This document shows positions 1-9,242 of a DNA stretch of 64,000 nt, piece after piece. This stretch comes from Candidatus Parcubacteria bacterium (GTDB lineage Bacteria > Patescibacteriota > Minisyncoccia > Phycocordibacterales > CAIJYI01): NCBI GenBank assembly GCA_026395595.1, contig JAPLYL010000004.1, forward strand, positions 8,086-72,085, in the 5' to 3' direction. A program made the translations under genes and the position numbers. The notes under the pieces were generated by a model. That model did not search any database. It was not told the DNA's origin and saw only the letters and a program-made list of their open reading frames with translations. Position 1 is the first letter of the stretch; each line of letters begins with the position of its first letter.

Positions 1-968
1 CTCGTTCCATTGATATCGCCAAGCGTGCCATGGATGCATCCGGTTTCAAAGTCTCTGAAATTGATGAGGTCATTTTGGTGGGAGGGCAAACGAGAATGCC
101 GGCAATTGTTGATGCGGTTAGAAAGTTCTTCGGCAAGGAGCCGAACCGCACGATTAACCCTGACGAAGTCGTTGCCCTCGGAGCTTCCATTCAAGGAGGC
201 ATTATGCAGGGGGAAGTGAAGGACGTGCTTTTACTTGATGTTATCCCGCTTTCTCTCGGTATTGAAACGCTTGGAGGCGTTGCGACCAAACTTATAGAAA
301 GAAATACTACTATTCCGGCTTCAAAATCTCAGGTATTTTCAACGGCGGCAGATAATCAGACTTCTGTAGAAATTCACATCGTTCAAGGAGAACGTCCGAT
401 GGTTTCGGACAACAAATCTCTCGGAAGATTTATTTTGGACGGTATCCCGCCGGCTCATCGTGGAACTCCTCAAGTTGAAGTGACGTTTGATATTGATGCA
501 AACGGAATCCTTTCTGTTAAAGCGAGAGAAAAAACTACCGGCAAAGAACAGTCTATTCGCATTACGGCCTCCTCGGGACTTTCTAAAGAAGATATTGAAA
601 AAATGAAGAAAGATGCCGAGATTTATGCGGAAGCTGACAAACAGAAACAAGAAATGATAGAGCTCAAAAATCATACCGAGACACTGATTTATACGGCAGA
701 GAAAGCGCTCAAAGATGCCGGTGACAAAGTTCCTGCTGAAGTAAAAACCGCCGTTGAAGGAAAGATAACTGCACTCAAAGATTTGAAAGACAGCACAGAC
801 AAAGATGTTCTCAAAAAAGCGGTTGACGAACTTTCCGAGGAGCTCATGAAAATTGGCGATGCCATGGCAAAGGAAGAACCGAAACCGGGCGAAACTCCGA
901 AAACTGAAGAAGGAGAAAATCCCGACAAAGGTTCCGAGAATGTTCGCGACGCGGACTTCAAGGAATAA
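1..968 (+). CDS. dnaK: Molecular chaperone DnaK (Hsp70), C-terminal ~320 aa; N-terminus lies upstream of window
   Basis: Translation shows Hsp70 substrate-binding and lid region ([46 protein letters not shown]) with acidic C-tail; stop TAA at 966-968. Confidence 0.95.
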   Translation, partial: RSIDIAKRAMDASGFKVSEIDEVILVGGQTRMPAIVDAVRKFFGKEPNRTINPDEVVALGASIQGGIMQGEVKDVLLLDVIPLSLGIETLGGVATKLIERNTTIPASKSQVFSTAADNQTSVEIHIVQGERPMVSDNKSLGRFILDGIPPAHRGTPQVEVTFDIDANGILSVKAREKTTGKEQSIRITASSGLSKEDIEKMKKDAEIYAEADKQKQEMIELKNHTETLIYTAEKALKDAGDKVPAEVKTAVEGKITALKDLKDSTDKDVLKKAVDELSEELMKIGDAMAKEEPKPGETPKTEEGENPDKGSENVRDADFKE

Positions 969-975
969 AATACAA

Positions 976-1003
976 GAAAAAACTCCGGCGCTTTGCCGGA
1001 GTT
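976..1003 (+). terminator. Intrinsic terminator after dnaK
   Basis: Hairpin ctccggc-gctt-gccggag followed by T-run. Confidence 0.6.
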
Positions 1004-1033
1004 TTTGGTTTGATATATACTAAAAATACTTTT

Positions 1034-1312
1034 ATGAATAAATATCAGAAAATTCCGGAAGCAATTATTGATTTGCACGGTTATACGACATGGAGGGCAA
1101 AAATGGAGCTTGATAAATTACTGAATGAACACAAATACTCCTTTATACGGATAATCACAGGGAAATGTTCTTATCGTGAACATGGGCCGATACTCGGGCC
1201 ATTCGTGAAGAAATATCTGGAAAAGAAGAACCTAAAATTCAATCAGGCAAAAATCCAAAATGGAGGAGAAGGCGCGTTGGAAGTATATATAACGGATAGA
1301 AAAAAGAAATAA
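1034..1312 (+). CDS. Smr (small MutS-related) domain protein
   Basis: IDLHGYT motif typical of Smr domain; ORF-track start at 1010 is TTG inside the dnaK terminator, so the ATG at 1034 (MNKYQK) is preferred. Confidence 0.6.
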   Translation: MNKYQKIPEAIIDLHGYTTWRAKMELDKLLNEHKYSFIRIITGKCSYREHGPILGPFVKKYLEKKNLKFNQAKIQNGGEGALEVYITDRKKK

Positions 1313-1328
1313 GCAACAAGAAAAAAGG

Positions 1329-1360
1329 GAAAAGCCGTCCTTAATTGGACGGCTTTTTGG
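1329..1360 (+). terminator. Hairpin terminator embedded in the recurrent A-rich post-stop motif
   Basis: aaagccgtcc-ttaatt-ggacggcttttt directly after aagcaacaagaaaaaaggg. Confidence 0.5.
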
Positions 1361-1639
1361 TTGTTGTTACTTTTTGCTTTTTAGAAAAAGAACAAGACTT
1401 CTCAACGCATAATAGATACTGACTGCGGTGAACAATGTTCCCAAGGCTAAAATTTGGTGATCGGCTAACACTGAATGCTTTATGAATTCCCACATATGAA
1501 TCTTTTTTTTTATTTTGTCTGAACAAACAATATAACTTAAAGAATATAAAGTCAAATACCTCTTGTAAAAACCATAAAATCGTGGTATTCTGAAGTCAGA
1601 TTTTTCTTTGATTTTTGACTCCCGTTTAAGGAGGCGGTT

Positions 1640-2758
1640 ATGTTTCGGTCTTTCTTTTTAAGTTGGAAATGGGCGCTTCCGGCGTATGGAGGGATCGTTT
1701 CCATATTTGCTTTGCTCCTGTTTCAAGTGCTCACCGCGTGGCGTTTTGCCGATTGGATGCTTACCGTTGGCGGAGTGGTGTCCGGAGCAGAACAATTTAC
1801 GACTCCGGAATTTATTCAGAATTTCATGTATGAGGGAGTGGTTATTGCCGGATTATTTATTCTCATACAATCATTTCTTAACGTTGCATCGCGAGTCTTC
1901 TGTTGGTTCTGGTATGAAGCCATTACATTTTTTTATTTGCCGAATTGGAATAAAACTTTGCGGGATGTCAGTAATCCGGCGGAAAGACTGCAAGATAGCG
2001 CTGAAGCTTTCACTTTTAAATTTTTGGAAATGTCTAAAGCGGCTGTTCGCGCTTCCATTGTACTCGTAACTGGTGTTCCGAAACTATGGATAGCGAGCAA
2101 ATATTTTAACTTTTTCTCTTTTGGACATATTCCCGGAATGCTGGTGTGGGTCGTTTGCTTTGTCTGCATCGTCGGCTTTTTGATTTCCAAATTGATCGGT
2201 ATTAATTTGGAAAAATGCCGGTATGACATCAGAACAGCTCGCGGTTTTTATCGAAGCGGGATTGAACATGTTCAGCGGAATAAAAACCGAGACGATTCTA
2301 TTCCGAATCTGGAAAAGCTTATGAAGAAAATGAGGAGGGCCAATTTTCGTTTGTTTTTTAACCAATTTTGGTTTGAAATCTGGCTTGGACTCTACGGTCA
2401 ATTTTGGGCCGTAGCACCGCTTATATTCTTCGGCTATAACGTGTTCTCTAAGAATTCCACTTATGGAAGAGCCGAACAGACGCGAAGCACTCTTGGTGAA
2501 GTTAACGGCGCCGCCTCTACTCCCATTTCTCTCTATGATATGTATACCGACTTTTTAAGTACGGCAGCACGTCTGAAAGAATTGGAAGAAACGATCAATA
2601 ACCCGGACAATTGGGAAATGGAAAGAAAAGAAAATGGTTGGGAAGACCGACGTGTCGGTAATAATTTTGTGACCGATCAAAGCGGCAAAAAGATTGCACT
2701 TTCGTTAGATGAACTTTCCCTTTTATTGGAACACATTCGCAGAAAAGAAAAGGAGTAA
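1640..2758 (+). CDS. sbmA: SbmA/BacA-family inner-membrane peptide transporter (transmembrane domain only, no ATPase), paralog 1
   Basis: MFRSFF N-terminus and WYEAITFFYLPNW...RLQDSAEAF block align with E. coli SbmA (MFKSFF; WRTAMNEYYMANW...RVQEDTMRF); AGGAGG Shine-Dalgarno upstream. Confidence 0.7.
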   Translation: MFRSFFLSWKWALPAYGGIVSIFALLLFQVLTAWRFADWMLTVGGVVSGAEQFTTPEFIQNFMYEGVVIAGLFILIQSFLNVASRVFCWFWYEAITFFYLPNWNKTLRDVSNPAERLQDSAEAFTFKFLEMSKAAVRASIVLVTGVPKLWIASKYFNFFSFGHIPGMLVWVVCFVCIVGFLISKLIGINLEKCRYDIRTARGFYRSGIEHVQRNKNRDDSIPNLEKLMKKMRRANFRLFFNQFWFEIWLGLYGQFWAVAPLIFFGYNVFSKNSTYGRAEQTRSTLGEVNGAASTPISLYDMYTDFLSTAARLKELEETINNPDNWEMERKENGWEDRRVGNNFVTDQSGKKIALSLDELSLLLEHIRRKEKE

Positions 2759-2765
2759 ATTTATA

Positions 2766-2800
2766 AAAACCCCGCTCAGTTCATTGAGCGGGGTTGTTTT
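2766..2800. terminator. Bidirectional terminator between convergent sbmA-like and xdhC genes
   Basis: ccccgctc-agttcatt-gagcgggg hairpin flanked by A/T runs. Confidence 0.6.
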
Positions 2801-3831
2801 TATGCACTGTTTTTTACTTGGATTACTTCTGCGGCAATGCTTATCGCAATCTCTGCAGGGGTTCGGCTTTTTATGGAAAGCCCGATAGGGGAATGAACTA
2901 TTTTCAGTTTTTCCTTTGAAAAGCCGTCTTTTTCAAGATTAGCGAAAATTTCCGCGACTTTTGTTTTGCTGGCCATCATGCCGATATATTTCAGGTTTTT
3001 TCCGAGCAACCCTCGCAAAACCATTTCGTCATGGATATGGCTCGGGGTCATAATAAACGCGTAAGAGTTTTGTCCTTCTTTGATGAGATTTGGAAGTGTT
3101 TCAAACGGGGAAATAAAAAGCTGATCGCACCATTTATTTTCTTGAAGCGTGTTAATGAACGGACGTTCATCTAAAACAGCGATACGGAAACCGAGACTTG
3201 CGAGTATCGGCGAAAGCGCCAAACACACGTGTCCGCCGCCAAAAATATAAGCGGTATTTTTTTGTCCGATGGTCTCTTCGTAAAACCAACAGCTATCCCG
3301 AAAGTTCGTAAACGAATGAGAACTGTTCCGAATTTCATCCAAACATTCTATTCCCAAGAAGGAAAGACGCAGCGTTTTTGGACCATGGTCGGAAAGAAAA
3401 GAATCTTCGCATTGTTTAAGAATAGCAAGAGCATTTTTCCCTAACGGGTGCATGGCAATAGTTTGCGTTCCTCCGCATATCATTCCGGAAGCATTTTTTC
3501 CGGCCGAAAGTTCATGAACGCGATGAAAAATTTCAGGGGCGGCAGTGTTTTCTGCGAGGTGTTTTCTTGCGATTTTCACCATGTTTTTTTCAATCGTACC
3601 GCCCCCGATTGTTCCAAATAAAATGTTTTTTGTGGCGGCCATCATAAAACCGGTTTTTCCCGGAGCATGTCCCGAAGAAGAAACGACGGTCATAAGGATA
3701 ACGGGATTACTGTTTTGTAGAGAGTCAATAAGGAATTTCAGAATTTCTATGTTCACTTGAACCACACGGCTCCCATGGCGTACATTATCGCCATTAATGA
3801 TGAAAAGATAGAACTGGCAATATATCGCCAT
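2800..3831 (-). CDS. xdhC: XdhC/CoxI-family molybdenum-cofactor insertion accessory protein
   Basis: N-terminal XdhC motif VILMTVVSSSGHAPGKTGFMM...GTIGGG and C-terminal Rossmann-like YIFGGGHVCLALSPILASLGFRIAVLDERP...IGLSIKSRTPAEIAISIAAEVI; start taken at internal ATG 3831 to limit overlap with upstream gene (track start 3942 is GTG). Confidence 0.7.
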   Translation of the reverse strand: MAIYCQFYLFIINGDNVRHGSRVVQVNIEILKFLIDSLQNSNPVILMTVVSSSGHAPGKTGFMMAATKNILFGTIGGGTIEKNMVKIARKHLAENTAAPEIFHRVHELSAGKNASGMICGGTQTIAMHPLGKNALAILKQCEDSFLSDHGPKTLRLSFLGIECLDEIRNSSHSFTNFRDSCWFYEETIGQKNTAYIFGGGHVCLALSPILASLGFRIAVLDERPFINTLQENKWCDQLFISPFETLPNLIKEGQNSYAFIMTPSHIHDEMVLRGLLGKNLKYIGMMASKTKVAEIFANLEKDGFSKEKLKIVHSPIGLSIKSRTPAEIAISIAAEVIQVKNSA

Positions 3832-4277
3832 TCCAGAGGTACTTTGTTCTGAATGACGTAATTGCCGAGAATGGAAAGCGGAATGTTGGTCAAAAAAGAC
3901 ATGCCAGCAATTGGTAAAAGCGCCCAAGAAACACTGGCCCACTGACCGGTAAAAAGATTAATGAATAAAAGATGGCGCGCAATCCAGAGAGGGTTGAAAT
4001 ACCCCATGGCGAGCGCCGTTCGCGCCGCTATTTTTTTGAAACCTGGCTCGTATCTTTTTGTCCATTTGTCTATGAGCAAAAACCAGTTTGGGACTTCAAG
4101 GGCATAAATCGTTCCGCCAAGAATCGCCATTCCTAAAATTCGGGACATTGAGATGTTTCCGTTAATAAGCGTGGCAATCGTATCACCGATGGCATAGATA
4201 AAAATACCGGAAATGATATTTCTCCATGAGTAATTGATACGCTCCATCCAACTGGGTGTCGACAGTTTTATACGCAT
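3753..4277 (-). CDS. Small polytopic membrane protein (about 4 TM) of unknown function in the xdh operon
   Basis: Hydrophobic segments throughout; no recognisable family. Confidence 0.45.
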   Translation of the reverse strand: MRIKLSTPSWMERINYSWRNIISGIFIYAIGDTIATLINGNISMSRILGMAILGGTIYALEVPNWFLLIDKWTKRYEPGFKKIAARTALAMGYFNPLWIARHLLFINLFTGQWASVSWALLPIAGMSFLTNIPLSILGNYVIQNKVPLEWRYIASSIFSSLMAIMYAMGAVWFK

Positions 4278-4327
4278 ATTTTCTTTTCAAAGAAAGATAT
4301 TTCTTCGGAGATTTTATAATGAATAAT

Positions 4328-6499
4328 TTATATTGTCAATTTTTCTAACTTTCCCCGCACCTCTGTTTCTTTTTGTATATCTTCTTTCTTTTGTTCTTCA
4401 ATCGTTTTTTCTTCCTTGAGTGCGTCCAATCTTTTTTGTATTTCTTCTGCCATTTCAGGATGAGATTCTCTTTTGATAAATTTTTCCGTTCGTTCAATGA
4501 AACCTATTTTTTCTTCGGTTGAAAAGTTTTTTGGATTTGACATAACCTCTTCCTTTGTCGTTTCGCGCTCTTCTGTCAAATTGAACATTTTTCCGTCGCG
4601 AGAGACTTTGATGACGGGAATACTCATTTCTTTCGCAAGTTTTTGAATACGGGGAAGCGCCGTATCATAATTTTTGGCGTTTTCCATAATGTATAGGGCT
4701 GTAATTTTTGGATTTCTTACTATAAATTCATTCCATGTCGTCATTCTTTGGTCGTTTCGATCGCCGATATTTATAGATTTTGCTATGTTTTCAGAAATGT
4801 TTGTTTGAATTGAAGAAGGTCCACTTTTTGGATGTTTTATTTTTAAACTTTCTGCTTGTGTTCCTATGTCTTCTTCGTGTGCACTCATTATTTCTCCTTC
4901 TCCGATAATAATTCCCGTTTCATACATAGTCTCTCCTCGTTGGGGTGTATTTTTGGAAAGTTCAGAATCTAATATTTTTGAGGAAACGGAGATGGTTGGT
5001 TCTAACCCGGCAAGAAAGAGAACCTTGTCTTCTTCCGGCATTGCTTCTGTATCAACCAATTGATTATTTTTTGAAGTATTCGCCATTTGCACTTCAAAAG
5101 GAAGTCCGTGAAGAAAAAGCACATTATGTTTTTTGACGTTTTCTTGGATGTCTCTGTCTTTTTTGTCTTGCTCAAATTCTTCTTTGATATCCGCTTGCTT
5201 TCCGTAAAATTCAGCAATTTTTGTTTTGGCTTTATTATGCCAGGCTTCATCTATTATCACATCTTTTACATCCTCTATTTGTTTATCATAATATGTTATC
5301 ATATCGCGACCGCTTTCGGCGTATTTTTGTTCTTGCTCCGCTCTTGTTACTCGGTCTTCGTTAAAATATCCAACCTCAGTTTTCTTTTGATAATACTCCG
5401 ATTCTTTTTTAGATACGTCTTGCCCTCCTCCAAATCTTCTTTGTATCTTATACCAAATACTTGATTTTCTTTTTTCTATTTCTTCTTTGAGGGTTTTTAA
5501 TTCCTCCTGTGCCGCAAGCCATTCGCTTTGCTCTTTTTTTATCTCCTCTACATTCCTTCCGGCTGTTTCAATTTTTTGTTCATAGTCTCCTCGTTTTTCT
5601 GAAAGTACAGCCCTTTCCCTTGCACGTTTTTCGTTTTCTTCCGGGAGGTCTTTCATATATTTTCTTCGGAGTTGATACATTTCTACAGCAAGTTCATTTC
5701 GTCCTCTCTTTGAAAATTCTTTGCTGAAATCATAGGATTCTTCTTTTGGATTTTCTGGTGTTTTTTTATTCAGAATATCTTCGTAACTTATTTGGTCCAC
5801 TTTTTCGGCAAGTACATCATAGAGACGTTTTGTGTCTGGGGCGAGTGCAAGAGTTTTTTCTTCCGGGTTGAAAACAAAACGCTGATTCGTTGCACTTGTT
5901 TCTGAACCGCCAGCATCTGTGGTATAGCTACTGGCGTCTGCTTCAAATAATATAGTAAGCAGATTAAAGAAAACTTTTTTATCAAGTCCATGTTCCCCCG
6001 CAATACGGACTATTTCCTCGGCACTTTTAATAGCATCTCCTTTTTGTAAAAAGCTACCGATTGCATCTCCTTCGATGAGTGCGGTCGCCATAGAAATTTC
6101 TTTTTCTGTGTATCTGAGCTGAGGCAAGACTGACTTCATTATTTTTTCGGTGTATTCATGCTGTCGGTCTTTATCCCCGGTTTTTTCGATTGCCTCCGGT
6201 TTTCCAATATCATGTAATACAAGAAAAGTTTCAAAAAATTTCGAATCGGTTCCGCCTGGCAATTCCTTTCCCTTAAAATATTTTTCATATTGACTCATCA
6301 TCATACTCGTATGTTGTCTCAAAGAATAGCCCTCATTTGTACCAACACTTTTGTCAAACGTTTGGTTGAAATCTTTTTCGAATACAGAGATAAGATCTTT
6401 ATGTGTATGATTCGGATCATTAAGAACGGCATCTAACTCTTCCCGTTTCATTGTGATCGGATATTCTGTTTGTTCTTTGTTATATAAAGTTTCTTGCAT
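4328..6499 (-). CDS. Large protein: N-terminal HD-type phosphohydrolase-like domain plus long charged coiled-coil region
   Basis: H...HD spacing (YSLRQHTS ... FLVLHDIGKPE) in first ~150 aa; rest is strongly E/K/R-rich heptad-like sequence; lies between guaD and xdhC on the same strand. Confidence 0.6.
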   Translation of the reverse strand: MQETLYNKEQTEYPITMKREELDAVLNDPNHTHKDLISVFEKDFNQTFDKSVGTNEGYSLRQHTSMMMSQYEKYFKGKELPGGTDSKFFETFLVLHDIGKPEAIEKTGDKDRQHEYTEKIMKSVLPQLRYTEKEISMATALIEGDAIGSFLQKGDAIKSAEEIVRIAGEHGLDKKVFFNLLTILFEADASSYTTDAGGSETSATNQRFVFNPEEKTLALAPDTKRLYDVLAEKVDQISYEDILNKKTPENPKEESYDFSKEFSKRGRNELAVEMYQLRRKYMKDLPEENEKRARERAVLSEKRGDYEQKIETAGRNVEEIKKEQSEWLAAQEELKTLKEEIEKRKSSIWYKIQRRFGGGQDVSKKESEYYQKKTEVGYFNEDRVTRAEQEQKYAESGRDMITYYDKQIEDVKDVIIDEAWHNKAKTKIAEFYGKQADIKEEFEQDKKDRDIQENVKKHNVLFLHGLPFEVQMANTSKNNQLVDTEAMPEEDKVLFLAGLEPTISVSSKILDSELSKNTPQRGETMYETGIIIGEGEIMSAHEEDIGTQAESLKIKHPKSGPSSIQTNISENIAKSINIGDRNDQRMTTWNEFIVRNPKITALYIMENAKNYDTALPRIQKLAKEMSIPVIKVSRDGKMFNLTEERETTKEEVMSNPKNFSTEEKIGFIERTEKFIKRESHPEMAEEIQKRLDALKEEKTIEEQKKEDIQKETEVRGKLEKLTI

Positions 6500-6504
6500 A
6501 GGAA

Positions 6505-6975
6505 TTAGTATTCAATTTTATCATTTTTTGTCGTCCAATCTTGGAAGGCTTTAGTGGCCTCCTTATCTTCCAAACGCAAAAAAGAGATACTGCGGTTCTC
6601 GTATTCTTTTCCGATTTCTTCGTAAATGAACTGGTCGTCAAAGCCGATGTCTTTGGCATCTTTTTTGGTGCTGGAATAATAGACTCTTTCGGGTCTCGCC
6701 CAATAGATGGCGCCGAGACACATTGGGCAGGGTTCGCAGGAGGTGTAGATTTCACAGCCGTCCAGTTGGAAAGAATTAAGCATCTTGCAAGCGTTTCTGA
6801 TGGCAACCACTTCCGCATGCGCAGTCGGGTCATTTTGGGTGGTAACATGGTTCGCCCCCTCCGCTATTATCACCCCGTCTTTTACGATGACGCAACCGAA
6901 CGGTCCGCCGGTTCCGTTGGCGATATTTTCTCTTGCGAGTACTCCCGCTCTCTTCATAAAATCTTGATTTTCCAT
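6505..6975 (-). CDS. guaD: Guanine deaminase (CDA-fold, B. subtilis GuaD type)
   Basis: 156 aa, near-colinear with B. subtilis GuaD: GGPFGCVIVKDGVIIAEGANHVTTQNDPTAHAEV...YTSCEPCPMCLGAIYWARP; zinc ligands HAE/PCPMC present. Confidence 0.85.
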   Translation of the reverse strand: MENQDFMKRAGVLARENIANGTGGPFGCVIVKDGVIIAEGANHVTTQNDPTAHAEVVAIRNACKMLNSFQLDGCEIYTSCEPCPMCLGAIYWARPERVYYSSTKKDAKDIGFDDQFIYEEIGKEYENRSISFLRLEDKEATKAFQDWTTKNDKIEY

Positions 6976-6977
6976 GT

Positions 6978-9236
6978 TTATTTTTGCTTATCGTGAAGTA
7001 ATAAAAATACTTTTTCCGGCGTGAGCGGAGCGTCAATGGTTCCACTCATTTCGGGGTTGTATGCTTTGATGGCGTTCAAAATGGCGAAATAAGCGCTGAT
7101 GCTGTAGAGGAGGGGAGGTTCGCCGATCGCCTTGGAATTAAACGGTCCGAAACGGTTTTCGGATCCGGTATAAAATTCTGTAATAACCTCCGGTGCGGAA
7201 TAGATATCGGGAAGTTTGTATCCTCCAAGATTACCGGTGAGAATTTTTCCATCTTTGCTGTGCACGATCTCTTCACTGGTGAGCCAGCCGATACCTTGGA
7301 CGACTGCGCCTTCAACTTGTCCAAGGTCTATTTTTTCCGCGAGACTTTTTCCGACATCATGGATGATTTTTACTGAATGGACGTCATACGTTCCGCGCAG
7401 ACAGTCAATCGTAACCTCGGAAATAGCAGCGCCGAAAACATAGTAGGCATAGAGTTTCCCTTTTTTTGTTTTTGGATCGGCGAAGATTTCCGGTGTTGCG
7501 TAGAACGCGTGTGCGGAAAGTCCGATTTTATTCATGTAAGTCATGATAATCAAACGGTTCCAGTCCCAATCGGTCTTTTCTTCTTTTGCGTATACGGTCT
7601 CGTTTTGTATTTCAATTTCTTCCGGTTTGCAGCCTATCTGTTTGGAGGCAAAAAGTTTGAGTCGTCCGAGAATGTTGTTGCAGGCGAGAATAGCGGCATT
7701 GCCGTTCAGATCGGCGCCGCTTGAGGCGGCTGTCGCTGAAGTGTTGGCAATGCGCGTCGTATTCGTACTTTCAATTTTAACACGGGAAGAATTTACCGAG
7801 AGGGTTTTTGCGACAATCTCCCGTATTTTTGTATTTACCCCTTGTCCCATTTCTATTGCTGCGGTAGAAACGGAAATGCTGCCATCTGTGTAAATGTGCA
7901 CCGTGGCGCTCGCCTGATCCATAAAAGTGGTGGCATCAAAAGAAACACCAAAACAAAGAGGGAATATCGCTGCGCCTTTTTTCTCTGTCTGGTGTGTTTT
8001 ATTCCAATTTTCGGTGTCCTTTAAAATTTTAGGAAAGTCATATTTTTTTACCGCTTCGTCAAAGCATTCAAGAGAGAGAACATTTTGAATCTTTGATCCG
8101 TAGACCATATCGTCTTCTTCAGAAAGGAGGTTTTTCTTTTGGAGTTCGTGTTTTTGAATCCCAAGTTTTTCCGAGGCTTTTAACAAAGCGGTTTCAATGA
8201 CTATTGCCGCTTGCGGGGAACCGAATCCGCGGAACGCTGTAGCTGAGGTTGTGTTCGTCAGACAGCTTGCGCCGGTGACTTTTATGTTGGGAACATAATA
8301 GGCTGAAGTTGAATGGGTAATGCCTTTATGAAGCACAGGAAGAGAAAGATCTGAATACGCGCCGGAATTTTGATAATGAAAAACTTCATAAGCAAGAATT
8401 TTTCCTTCTTTGGAAAGTCCCATTTTATAATCGCAAGAGTATGCATGTCTTTTTCCGGACATCTTCATGTCTTCATCTCGGTTGAGAACAAGCTTTACAG
8501 GAACTTTTAATTTGAATGCTGCGAGCGCCGTCATTGACGCCCATCGGGCTGCCTGCGCTTCTTTTCCTCCAAAACCTCCTCCGATGCGAACAACATCAAC
8601 TTCAATTTTATTCATAGGGATTCCAAGAACGCGGGAGGCAATGCTTTGGATGTGAGAAGTTGATTGTGTGCTTGAAAAGATTTTGAGTCCTCCGTTGTCG
8701 GTCGGAACAGAAATGGCGCTTTGCGTTTCAAAATAAAAATGCTCTTGACCCCCTATTTCCACTCGGCCTTCAATAACGGCGTCGCAGTTTTTCCACATGC
8801 TTTCCGGGTCGCCCATCACATAAATTTCCGGAGATCCTGAAATAAGGTTTTTTGCGTAGGCCTCTCTCGGGTCAAAGATCGGCGGTAGTTCGCTTATTTC
8901 ACAGGTGATAAGTTTGATTGCCTTGCGCGCGATTTCTGCCGTGTCTGCTACCACGAGAGCGATTGGGTCGCCCACATGCTTTGTTTCTTCAGAACAGAAA
9001 AGAGGTTCGTCGTGAATGACCGAGCCGATTTGATTTTCTCCGGGAATATCTTTGGCAGAAAATACGGTTCGGACTCCGGGAAATTTTTCCGCTTCTTCCG
9101 TATTCAGTTTTATTAGTTTTCCGCGGGCGACCGGGGAAGAAAAAACAGCAGAATGAAGCATATTTGAGGGCATCGGAATGTCGTCAATATATTGCGCTTC
9201 CCCTCGCACCATTGAATCAATATCTACGTGTTTCAT
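6978..9236 (-). CDS. xdhB: Xanthine dehydrogenase / aldehyde oxidase molybdopterin-binding large subunit
   Basis: 752 aa with Ald_Xan_dh molybdopterin-binding signature blocks (GGGFGGKE, AIEMGQG, large C-terminal Mo-co domain). Confidence 0.9.
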   Translation of the reverse strand: MKHVDIDSMVRGEAQYIDDIPMPSNMLHSAVFSSPVARGKLIKLNTEEAEKFPGVRTVFSAKDIPGENQIGSVIHDEPLFCSEETKHVGDPIALVVADTAEIARKAIKLITCEISELPPIFDPREAYAKNLISGSPEIYVMGDPESMWKNCDAVIEGRVEIGGQEHFYFETQSAISVPTDNGGLKIFSSTQSTSHIQSIASRVLGIPMNKIEVDVVRIGGGFGGKEAQAARWASMTALAAFKLKVPVKLVLNRDEDMKMSGKRHAYSCDYKMGLSKEGKILAYEVFHYQNSGAYSDLSLPVLHKGITHSTSAYYVPNIKVTGASCLTNTTSATAFRGFGSPQAAIVIETALLKASEKLGIQKHELQKKNLLSEEDDMVYGSKIQNVLSLECFDEAVKKYDFPKILKDTENWNKTHQTEKKGAAIFPLCFGVSFDATTFMDQASATVHIYTDGSISVSTAAIEMGQGVNTKIREIVAKTLSVNSSRVKIESTNTTRIANTSATAASSGADLNGNAAILACNNILGRLKLFASKQIGCKPEEIEIQNETVYAKEEKTDWDWNRLIIMTYMNKIGLSAHAFYATPEIFADPKTKKGKLYAYYVFGAAISEVTIDCLRGTYDVHSVKIIHDVGKSLAEKIDLGQVEGAVVQGIGWLTSEEIVHSKDGKILTGNLGGYKLPDIYSAPEVITEFYTGSENRFGPFNSKAIGEPPLLYSISAYFAILNAIKAYNPEMSGTIDAPLTPEKVFLLLHDKQK

Positions 9237-9242
9237 ATTTTT

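Noticed and set aside
1010-1033. TTG start for the Smr ORF given in the ORF track
   Set aside because: Lies within the T-run of the dnaK terminator; the ATG at 1034 is a more plausible start.
339-1078. Two minus-strand ORFs (111 and 129 aa) inside or overlapping dnaK
   Set aside because: Antisense to a highly conserved Hsp70 coding region; low-complexity translations.
3832-3942. Upstream GTG-initiated extension of xdhC
   Set aside because: Would overlap the upstream membrane-protein gene by ~190 nt; the conserved XdhC N-terminal motif begins after the internal ATG at 3831.
5087-5464. 125-aa plus-strand ORF rich in Phe/Leu/Ile
   Set aside because: Antisense to the charged coiled-coil region of 4328..6499; the hydrophobic appearance is the complement of its Lys/Glu codons.
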